A stretch of 64,000 nt of DNA from an uncultured Chloroflexia bacterium (lineage in GTDB: Bacteria; Chloroflexota; Limnocylindria; Limnocylindrales; CSP1-4). Both the position numbers and the translations under genes were made by a program. Of the stretch, positions 19,893-30,600 are shown piece by piece. Positions within the stretch are counted from its first letter, which is position 1. Every line of letters begins with the position of its first letter. Location of the stretch: NCBI GenBank assembly GCA_963813535.1, contig CAWEZH010000002.1, forward strand, positions 1,408,001 through 1,472,000. The letters are read 5' to 3'. Under the pieces are notes generated by a model. It worked only from the letters and a program-made list of their open reading frames with translations, was not told where the DNA came from and made no database searches.

Positions 19893-20936
19893 ATGAACGA
19901 GGACCACAAGGACTCGATCGAGGCGATCCTGCGGCCGTTCACGCGCGTCGGCGATGAGCTCGCCGTTCACCTCGAGCTCGAGGGAAGCGACGGCTCGACG
20001 GTTCCCACAGGTGGGCCGCGTTTGACGCGCGACCTCGAAGCCGATGGACGCTTCGTCGGACGCCTCGTGGCCGAGGGTCCGTCCGTGTCGCAGAGATCCG
20101 TCGTCGCCGCACTGGAGGCACTCGCGGTCGCGGTCGAACGCATCCTGGTGGTCCCACCGCGTGAAGGCGTGTCCGACTCGAGCGGGTCGGATCCGCGAAG
20201 CGGGATGGCGGCCGAGCTTGCCCTGAGCCGGCTGCAGCAGCGAAGCATCGTGTCGCTCGAGCCGCCCGATGTGCCGGGCTACGACCTGGCCAGCTACTAC
20301 GAGCCGGCGCGCGAGATCGGTGGCGACTTCTTCGAGCTGTTCCGGCTACGTCGTCGGGGCCGGCCGTTGGGTCTCGTCATCGCGGATGTGACCGGCAAGG
20401 GCATTGCCGCGGCGCTGCTGATGGCGTTCGCGCGACCCGTGATCCACTCCGCCCTGCAGGCAGCAAGCGGGCCTGCCGACGCGTTGCGCCGCACGAACCG
20501 GATCCTGGTCGAGGAGCTGCATACGGCGCTGTTCATCACCGCGCTCGTCGGTCGACTCGACGTCACCTCGGGCCGCCTGCAGATCTCGAACGCCGGCCAC
20601 GAACCACCGCTCCTGCTCCCGGCCGACGGCGGGCCGATCACCGAGATCGGGGGTGGCGGACCGCTGCTCGGGATGTTCTCGCCGCTGGAGCTCGCCGAGA
20701 CCGAGCTGGAGTTCGCTCCGGGCGACCGACTGCTCCTTTACACCGACGGTGTGACCGATGCGCTCACGTCGAGCGGCGAGCGGTTCGGCAAGGGCCGGTT
20801 GATCTCGACGATCGAGGACGCGCGCGATGGGTCGGCGCACGACATCGTCCGGGTGCTGAGCCAGGCGGTCAGCGGGTTCTGCGCCGATGTGGCGCCGACC
20901 GATGATGTGACGATCGTGGCGGTCGGGCGGCACTGA
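19893..20936 (+). CDS. PP2C/SpoIIE-family Ser phosphatase (RsbU-like)
   Basis: PAREIGGDFF, IADVTGKGIAAALLM, NAGHEPP, LLYTDGVTDA, DDVTIV. Confidence 0.92.
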   Translation: MNEDHKDSIEAILRPFTRVGDELAVHLELEGSDGSTVPTGGPRLTRDLEADGRFVGRLVAEGPSVSQRSVVAALEALAVAVERILVVPPREGVSDSSGSDPRSGMAAELALSRLQQRSIVSLEPPDVPGYDLASYYEPAREIGGDFFELFRLRRRGRPLGLVIADVTGKGIAAALLMAFARPVIHSALQAASGPADALRRTNRILVEELHTALFITALVGRLDVTSGRLQISNAGHEPPLLLPADGGPITEIGGGGPLLGMFSPLELAETELEFAPGDRLLLYTDGVTDALTSSGERFGKGRLISTIEDARDGSAHDIVRVLSQAVSGFCADVAPTDDVTIVAVGRH

Positions 20937-21015
20937 CGTCGGGGCCAGCCGCCGGACATGAGACGGCCGCCGGGTCGAGCCTCGACGCCGGCGGCCGCAG
21001 GTGCAGCGTGGCGGG

Positions 21016-21444
21016 TCAGACCGTGGCCACGGTCCGGCGGTCGAACACGCGGATCAAGGCGAGGATCAGCAGCTCGACGAGGCTCCAGCCGATCAGCGCG
21101 ACGATCGCCGCGATATCGAGCTTCGAGCCCTGGTCGGCCGTCACGCGGTCGATCGAGAACATGCCGCGGAACGGCTCGACGAACGGATCGGTGATGGTCA
21201 GGATGAGCTGGACGACGTCGTTGCCAGGGTTCGCGACCAGCAGCAGCAGGATGATCCGAAGGATCAGGGCGACCTGCAGCACCCCGAAGAGGAAGGTCAC
21301 GACCCGCGCGATCACAGCGGCCGTACCGGGACCGGCCGGCACGTGGGCCCGTTCGGTCGTGCGCACGGCCGTCGACTGCGGCTCGGTCGCCACAGGGTCC
21401 GTCGTGGTCGTCTGATGGGTGGTGGTTCGTTCGTAATCGGTCAT
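21016..21444 (-). CDS. YggT-like small membrane protein
   Basis: LILRIILLLLVANPGN..VQLILTITDPFVEPFRGMF..D..AIVALI. GGAGG RBS. Confidence 0.75.
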   Translation of the reverse strand: MTDYERTTTHQTTTTDPVATEPQSTAVRTTERAHVPAGPGTAAVIARVVTFLFGVLQVALILRIILLLLVANPGNDVVQLILTITDPFVEPFRGMFSIDRVTADQGSKLDIAAIVALIGWSLVELLILALIRVFDRRTVATV

Positions 21445-21604
21445 GGGTGGGCCTCCTGGGCTTGCGAGCCGCAGGATGGCCTCAGTACCTCACCGCGCGC
21501 GCATCACTCGCCGCACGTGATGCTTGCAGGGGCATGCCAGACCGCCGTTCGGTGCGCGTGGACACCGTCGCCCCGCACGGCGTCGCGATCGGTGCGCCGG
21601 GTCG

Positions 21605-24600
21605 TCAGGCGGGGCGGAGGGCGATCAGCTGCGCGACGTTGCCTGATGACTGCGAGGACGTGGCCGCGAACGTACCGGTCGCGCCCGCTGCCGCCCGGAT
21701 GGCACTCGCGGACATCAGGGAGGTGAACTGGCTCGGCGAGGTGCCGATCAGGTCGCAGCGTTCCGTGAAGCCGGCCGGCGGCGTCCAGGTCGAGCCTGCC
21801 ATGTTCCCGAAGATGGCAACGAGCATCGTGTTCGCGACCGGGGTCGTGATCGACGGCGCGGTCGCCGTGGTCGAAGCGCTGGCCGCCACCTGGCCGCCCG
21901 AGGCGGCGATCGGGTTGGCCGTGTTGACGCCGCTGTAGGCATGGATCGTGCCGGCAGCCAGGCGGGATGCCGAGAACGTCCAGGTCCACGATGCGGGATC
22001 CCCGCCAGCCGCCACACGCCAGTAGGTGTGCATGCGGAGGCTGGATGTGTACGTATCGGTCCGGATGAGCGTCCAGCCAGCCGGCGCTGTCACGGTGGAG
22101 GTCCCGCGGACACCGAGCGACGCGAGGAGCAGGTCTCCCGCCACCGTGCCTGTCGGCCGGGCGAGGTTGATGCTGGTCGTGGAGGCGTTGTTGGAGCCGA
22201 AGCTGACGGCGCGGAAGGCGATGCCGCTGCCCGCCGGCACGTCGGTCACGGTCCAGGTGAAGGTGTCGGTGGCATCGACGGCCGGACCGTCGCGCACGGT
22301 GATGGACACGGCATACGGGCTCGAGGCGGCGGCCACCGAGCTGATCGTGCCGGTGATCAGGCCGGTCGACGTGTTGATCGACAGCCCTGCAGGCAGGTTC
22401 GTGGCCGCGTACGTCAGCGGATCACCGTCGGGATCGGTCGCTCCTGCATCGAGGGTGACGCCCGTGCCCTCGGGGTCGGTCCGGTTGCCCAGGTTCTGGT
22501 CGAAGGTGGGCGGCAGGTTCGGACCCGGGACGTCGGTCACGGTCCATGTGAACGTGTCGGTCGCGTCGACCGTGGCCCCATCGCGGACCGTGATCGACAC
22601 CGCATACGGGCTGCCGGCTGCCGCGGTCGAGTTGATGGTGCCGGTGATCAGGCCGGTGCCGGTCGCGATCGACAGACCCGGCGGGAGGTTCGTGGCGGCG
22701 TAGGTCAGCGGATCACCGTCGAGGTCGGTCGCGCCCGCATCGAGGTTGACGACCGTGCCTTCCGGATCCGTCCGGTTGGGCAGGTTCTGGTCGAACGTCG
22801 GCTCGTTGTTGACGGGCGGCGGTCCGCCGGCCGCCGGTCGGAGGGCGATGAGCTGGGCGGCGTTGCCGGACGACATCGTCGCCGATGCCACGGCCGTACC
22901 GGTCGCGCCGACGGCCGGCCGAAGCACGTCGGCCGACATCATGGACGTGAACTGCGAGGGCGACGTGCCGATCAGGTCGGCTCGTTCGACGAAGCCCGCG
23001 GGCGGCGTCCATGTGGTGTTGGCGAGGTTTGCGTAGAACGCCACGAGCATCGTGTTCGCGACCGTGGTGGTGATCGACGGCGCCGTCGACGTCGCGGAGG
23101 GTGACGCGGCGGGCTGACCACCGGAGGCGTCGATCGGTGTCGTCGTGTTGACCCCGCTGTACGCGTGGACCACGCCGGCCGCCAGACGCGAACCCGAGAA
23201 CGTCCATGTCCACGTCGCCGGATCGGATCCGGTCGCCAGGCGCCAGTAGACGTGCATGCGCAGGCTGGACGTGTACGTGTCGGTACGGATCAGCGCCCAG
23301 CCCGCGGGGGCAGTGACCGTGGACGTCCCGCGCACATCGAGGGACGCGAGCATCACATCGCCCGCGAGCGTGCCCGTGGGCCGGTTCAGGACGATGCTCG
23401 TCGACGAGGCGTTGTTCGAGCCGGAGCTGACGGCCCGCAGCGCGATGGGAGCGCCCGCCGGCACATCGGTGACCGTCCACGTGAAGATGTCGGTGGCGTC
23501 GACGGTCGCGCCGTCGCGGACCGTCACGCTGACGCTGTACGGGCTGCCGGCCGCGGCGGTCGAGCTGATCGTGCCGGTGATCAGACCTGTCGCGGTGTTG
23601 ATCGTCAGGCCGGTGGGCAGATTCGTCGCTGCGTACGTCAGCGGGTCATTGTCGAGATCCGTCGCCCCGGCGTCGAGGCTGATGACCGCCCCTTCTGGAT
23701 CGGTCCGGTTCTGGACGTCCTGGTCGAAGGTGGGCTCGCGGTTCACGTTGGTGACGGTCCACTGGAACGTATCGGTCGCATCGACCGTGGGGCCGTCGCG
23801 GACCGTCACGGACACGTTGTACGGGCTTCCCGCGGCCGCGGTGAACGCGATGGTGCCGGTGATGAGGCCCGTGCCGGTGTCGATGCTCAGGCCAGCTGGC
23901 AGACCCGTGGCGGCATAGGTCAGCGGGTCGCTCTCGGGGTCGGTCGCCCCGGCATCGAGGCTGATGACCGCGCCCTCGGGGTTCGACTGGCTCGGCACGT
24001 CCTGGTCGAACGTCGGTGGCTGATTGGGTGGCGGCACCTCGGTGACCGTCCAGGTGAAGGTGTCGGTCGCATCGACCGTCGCGCCATCACGGACCGTCAC
24101 GCTGACGCTGTACGGGCTGGTGTCCGCGCCAGTGGCGCCGATCGTGCCGGTGATCAGACCGGTCGTCGGGCTGATGCTGAGCCCAGGTGGCAGATTCGTC
24201 GCGGCGTAGGTCAACGGGTCGCCATCGAGGTCGGTGGCGCCGGCGTCGAGGCTGATGACCGCACCCTCGGCATGGTTCTGGTTCGGGACGTCCTGATCGA
24301 ACGTGGGCTCACGGTTCACGTTGGTGACGGTCCAGGTGAACGTGTCGGTGGCGTCGACGGTCGCGCCGTCGCGCACAGTGACGCTGACGCTGTACGGGCT
24401 TCCAGCGGCCGCGGTGAAGGCGATCGTCCCGGTGATGAGGCCTGTCGACGTGTTGATCGACAGACCCGCCGGCAGGTTCGTCGCGGCGTAGGTCAGCGGA
24501 TCGTTGTCGAGGTCGGTCGCCCCGGCATCCAGGGTGATGACGGCGGCCTCGGCATGGTTCTGGTCCGGGACGTTCTGGTCGAAGGTCGGTTCGTTGTTGA

Positions 24601-27600
24601 CAGGCGGGGGCCCGCCGGCCGATGGCCGCAGGGCGATGGCTTGCGCCACGTTGCCCGACGAGGCCGTCGCCATGGCCGAGACCGCGCCGGTCGCGCCCGC
24701 CGTCGGTCGCGAGACGTCGGCCGACTCCAACGAGGTGAACTGCGATGGCGAGGTCCCGACCAGGTCAGCGCGTTCGACGAAGCCCGCCGGTGGCGTCCAG
24801 GTCGAGCTGGACATGTTGGCGAAGAACGCCACCAGTCGCGTGTTGTTCACCGTCGTCGTGATCGACGGTGCGGTCGCAGACGCCGACGTGGTAGCCGCGG
24901 CCTGACCGCCGGAGGCGTCGATGGGCGTCGTCGTGTTGACCCCGCTGTACGCATGGATCGCGCCGGCGGCAAGGCGGGCGGCGGAGAAGGTCCACGTCCA
25001 TGTGGCTGGGTCGGAGACCGTCGCCAGGCGCCAGTACGAGTGCATCCGCAGGCTGGAGGTGTAGGTGTCGGTGCGGATGAGCGTCCAGCCGGCAGGTGCC
25101 GTCACGGTCGAGGTGCCCCGCACGCTCAGCGATGCCAGCATGACGTCGCCCGCGACCGTGCCCGCCGGACGGTTCAGGGTGATGCTCGTGGTCGATGCGT
25201 TGTTGGAGCCGGAGCTGAAGGCGCGCAGCGCAGGTACGGCGCCCTCGGCCACATCGCTGACCGCCCAGCTGAAGGTGTCGGTGGCATCGACCGTGGCACC
25301 GTCGCGCACGGTGACCGACACGGCGTACGGGCTGCCCGCGGCGGCGGTGGACGAGATGGTGCCGGTGATCAGCCCGGTCGTCGTGTTGATCGACAAGCCC
25401 GGCGGCAGGTTGGTCGCGGCGTAGGTCAGGGTGTCGCCGTCGGGGTCGGTGGCGCCCGCGTCGAGGTTGATGACCGCGCCCTCGGCATGGCTCTGGTCGG
25501 GCACGTCCTGGTCGAACGTCGGCTCGCGGTTGACGTTGGTCACGGTCCACTGGAACGTGTCGGTCGCGTCGACCGTGGCCCCGTCACGGACGGTCACCGA
25601 CACGTTGTACGGGGTGGCCGAGGCGGTGAACGCGATGGTCCCCGTGATGAGCCCGGTGGTGGTGCTGATCGAGAGGCCCGGCGGCAGGTTGGTGGCGGCA
25701 TAGGTCAGGGCGTCGCCGTCGGGATCGGTGGCGCCCGCGTCGAGGTTGACGAGGGTGCCCTCGGGGTCGGTCCGGTTGAGCACGTCCTGGTCGAACGTCG
25801 GCTCGCGGTTGAGGTTGGTCACGGTCCACGTGAACGTGTCGGTCGCGTCGGCCGTCGGCGGGCTGTCGCTCACCGTGATGCTGACGGCATACGGGCTGCC
25901 GGCCGCGGCGGTGAACGCGATGGTGCCGGTGATGAGCCCGGTGGTGGTGTTGATCGAGAGGCCCGGCGGCAGGTTGGTGGCGGCATAGGTCAGGGTGTCG
26001 CCGTCGGGGTCGGTGGCGCCCGCGTCGAGGTTGACGAGGGTGCCCTCGGGGTCGGTCCGGTTGCCCAGGTTCTGGTCGAAGGTCGGGTTGCCGTTGACGT
26101 TGCTGACCGCCCAGCTGAAGGTGTCGGTGGCATCGACCGTGGCACCGTCGCGCACGGTGACCGACACGGCGTACGGGCTGCCCGCGGCGGCGGTGGACGA
26201 GATGGTGCCGGTGATCAGCCCGGTCGTCGTGTTGATCGACAAGCCCGGCGGCAGGTTGGTCGCGGCGTAGGTCAGGGTGTCGCCGTCGGGGTCGGTGGCG
26301 CCCGCGTCGAGGTTGATGACCGCGCCCTCGGCATGGCTCTGGTCGGGCACGTCCTGGTCGAACGTCGGCTCGCGGTTGACGTTGGTCACGGTCCACTGGA
26401 ACGTGTCGGTCGCGTCGACCGTGGCCCCGTCACGGACGGTCACCGACACGTTGTACGGGGTGGCCGAGGCGGTGAACGCGATGGTCCCCGTGATGAGCCC
26501 GGTGGTGGTGCTGATCGAGAGGCCCGGCGGCAGGTTGGTGGCGGCATAGGTCAGGGCGTCGCCGTCGGGATCGGTGGCGCCCGCGTCGAGGTTGACGAGG
26601 GTGCCCTCGGGGTCGGTCCGGTTGAGCACGTCCTGGTCGAACGTCGGCTCGCGGTTGAGGTTGGTCACGGTCCACGTGAACGTGTCGGTCGCGTCGGCCG
26701 TCGGCGGGCTGTCGCTCACCGTGATGCTGACGGCATACGGGCTGCCGGCCGCGGCGGTGAACGCGATGGTGCCGGTGATGAGCCCGGTGGTGGTGTTGAT
26801 CGAGAGGCCCGGCGGCAGGTTGGTGGCGGCATAGGTCAGGGTGTCGCCGTCGGGGTCGGTGCGCACCGCGTCGAGGTTGACGAGCGTGCCCTCGGGGTCG
26901 GTCCGGTTGCCCAGGTTCTGGTCGAAGGTCGGGTTGCCGTTGACGTTGCTGACCGCCCAGCTGAAGGTGTCGGTGGCATCGACCGTGGCACCGTCGCGCA
27001 CGGTGACCGACACGGCGTACGGGCTGCCCGCGGCGGCGGTGGACGAGATGGTGCCGGTGATCAGCCCGGTCGTCGTGTTGATCGACAGGCCCGGCGGCAG
27101 GTTGGTCGCGGCGTAGGTCAGGGTGTCGCCGTCGAGATCGGTGGCGCCCGCGTCGAGGTTGATGACCGCGCCCTCGGCATGGCTCTGGTCGGGCACGTCC
27201 TGGTCGAACGTCGGCTCGCGGTTGACGTTGGTCACGGTCCACTGGAAGGTCGACGGGACCGGCGGGTTGAACGGATCGTCCGCGGTGACCGTGACGTTGT
27301 ATGGGCTGCCCGCGGCCGCGGTGAACGCGATCGTGCCGGTGATGTGACCGGTGGTCGGGTTCATCGTGAGTCCGGCCGGAAGCCCGCTCGCGCCGTACGT
27401 GAGCGTGTCGTTCTCTGGGTCGGTCGCCGTGACCGTCAGGTCGATGACGTTGCCTTCGGCGTTGGTCTGGTTCGGCACGGCGGTCACGATCGGCGGGTTG
27501 TTGCTCGGGCCGCTCGCGGTCGTGAACGTCCAGGTCGGGCTGGTGCGGTCCGCGATGCCGTCGCTCGTCACGGCGTACCACTCGTAGCCCGTGGCTGGCG

Positions 27601-30600
27601 CTCGGCCCGGCCAGGGCATCGAGGCGGTGGAGCCGGAGGTGGTCTCCACCGTCCCGATGAGGTCGAAGCCGGCCAGCGCGGTCATGTCGTACGCCAGGTC
27701 GAACCGGCTGGTCGCGTCGTTCTCGAACGTGCTGAGCTTGGGTGAGTACGTGTACGCCTCGATCGTGTTCAGGCTCGGCCGGAACGTGTAGTAGCGCAAC
27801 CAGCCGTCGCCGCCGTTGGCGCGGCTCTGGTAGTCCGTCAGGACCTGGTGGACCGGCTGCCCGCACGAGTTCGTCGACGTCAGCCGACCCTCGCCCGGGT
27901 AGTGACCGTTGACGACCATGAAGACGTTGCAGTTCGGCGCGACGAGCTGTGTCCAGACCTGAGCGGCAGATAGGCCGTCGGATCGCGTCGTGACACGCGA
28001 TGAAGGGCGCGCATTCGACGTGTTCACGAACGCATGGGTGCTCAGGATCACCTGGCGATCCGGGTAGCGATCGATGATCTCGTCGGCCCACTGCACGGCG
28101 TAGGTCGGCATGTCGATCTCGAGGTGGATGATCAGGAAGTCGATGCCGCCGGCGGTGAAGAGCTCGTAGTTGTCCTTGTTCAGGCGCTGGACCTGGCCGG
28201 CTTCCTCGCCGAGCCAGCCGCCGTACCACGGATTGACGGGCAGGTTGTAGCGCCCAGGCGGGAAGTACTCATCCCACAGGTCGGACGTGACGGCGCCGGG
28301 GTTGCTCATGTCGTGGTTGCCCGGGGCGAGGTTGTTCGGGATGCCGGCGTTGTCGAGGGTGTCCATGGCCGCGTCGGCGCGGTCGAACTCCTGGCGGACC
28401 GTGTCGAAGTGCTCGGTGATGTCACCGAGCTGGCTCACGAAGACGATGTTGAGGTCGTCTTCGTTGTTGACGATCCACTGGGTCTGCTGGTTGAACGTCA
28501 TGAAGTCGGCGTCGCTATCGACGTAGTGCTGCGTGTCGGGGATCACGGCGATCGTGAAGTCCTCGGCCGCTGAGGAACCGGCGGTCCGCCCATAGAAGGA
28601 CGTCGTCAGCGTTCCACCGTTCGGGTCGCTCACACCGACCTGCAACGTGGGGTTGACGGACACCCCGGTCGCGCCGTTGGTGGGCGCGACGTTGGTCGGG
28701 ACATTCGGTGGCGTGTTGGCGGTCGAGACGAACGGCGTGCCCGTCACGAACAGCGGTCCGTTCGTCAGCGTGCCGTTGACCGTGGTCCCGGCGGAGCTGG
28801 CGATGGTCCCGCCCGCGCCCTCGTCCATGCTCCAGCGGGCGACCATGCCGGGCGCCGACGCGAGCGGTCCGGTCATCGCGGCCTGGATCTGCGCCTCGGA
28901 CCGGATCGTGTTCCAGATGCGGGCCTCGTCCATGATGCCGTTGAAGGCGCCGACCGGCGTCCCGCCCGAGTTCATGGCCGTGCCCAGGCCGGCGTCCTGC
29001 GTGCTGTCGGCGCGGAGCGGCTGGCCGACGTTGACCGGTGTCATGTCGAGCACGCCGTTGACGTAGATGCGCCACGTGCCGTTGTACGTCACGGCCGCGT
29101 GGTACCAGACCCCGTTCTGGATCACGGTGTCGCCCGACACAGGGTGGTTCAGGCCCGGCGTCCCACCCCCGGCACCTTCCTCGAAATCGGCCACGAGCTT
29201 GCCGCTCGTAGCGTCGATGCCGAGGAAGTAGTTCATGTCGGCGGCCGTGCCATCGGCTTCGTTGCGGCCCTTGGTGATCAGCGGGATGGCGGCGGCCAGT
29301 CCGCCGGCGCCCGTCTGCGTCGCGACGCCGGCGCCATCGCGGCGGAACCACGTCTCCAGGGTGAATTGCGACAGGCCAAGCGTCGCGCTGTCCCCGAACG
29401 TCACGTAGTCGTTGGCTCCGTCGAAGTCGAGGCCGAAGTTCGGCGCAGGACCCGGATCGATCACGGTGACCGTGATCTCATCGAAGATCGTGTTCGCGCC
29501 ATCGGCGGCCGTGAGCCGGAAGACATAGTCGCCCGGCCCGCTGCCGGTGAACGAGACGGACGTCGACTGCGAGTTCGGGTTGGCGATCGCCGCCGAGTCG
29601 GGCCCTGAGATCTGCGACCACGTGGTCGTGAGGGCCGACGGCAGGCCGTCGTCGAGCGCCAGGCCATCGAGCAGCGCGCTCGAGGGCAGGGTGACGTTCT
29701 GGTTCGGCCCGGCACTGACGGTCGGGATATCGAAGGGCGCCCCGGCCGGCCAGCTCGTGCCGGTACCCGTGATCGTGCCGTCGGCGTCGGGTGCGACACC
29801 GTCGTCGACATTGGTGCCGGTCCCCTCGCCCATCGACCATCGGGCGACGAGCCCTGTCGTCGAAGCAGGGAGCTGGTGGACCCCGGACTGGATCTGCGAA
29901 AGGTTGCGCGCGCCTGTCCAGACCCGTGTCTCATCGATCACGCCCTGGAACCGTGCCGTGTTGCCGGGCGCGCCGGTCGTGGTCAACATCACGCCGAGGC
30001 CAGCGTGCTGCGCCGTATCCGAGCGCGGCGTTGCGCTCTCGAGCTCGGTCGCCTCGAGCCGGCCGTTCAGGTAGAGACGCCATGTCGAGCCGTCATACGT
30101 CGCGGCCGCGTGGTACCAGACACCGTTCACGAGCGTCGTGGTCCCGGAGATCGGATGGTTGGCGCCGGACGCGGTGTCCTCGAAGTCAGCGGCAAGGACG
30201 TCGGTGGCGTCGTTGATCCCGAGGAGCCAGTTGGCATCCACGGTGCCACCCTCGGTCTGTGGGCCGCCATGCGTGACGAGCGGGATGAATGACGCGATGC
30301 CGCCGGTGCCCGTCTCGTTGGCGACCCCGGCACCCGTCCGCTTGAACCAGGTCTCGATCGTGAACGTCGACAGGTCGAGCTTTGCCGGATCGCCGAACGT
30401 GACGTATGCGCCGCTGGACCCGAGGTCGAGGCCGGTCGGCTGTTGGGGCGCACCTGCAGGCGTCGCGGTGACCTGGTTCGACGCGGTCGACTGGTTGGTG
30501 GAGTCGTCGACCGCCGTGACGACGTAGAAGTAGGCCGTGCCGTTGGTGACGCTGTTGTCGACGAATGCCGGCGACGCCACGAGCGTCCCGCCGTTGAGGG

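Noticed and set aside
23165-27745. 1526-aa plus-strand ORF and many repeated 60-220 aa ORFs
   Set aside because: Antisense shadows of the GC3-biased giant gene; their periodicity simply mirrors its repeats
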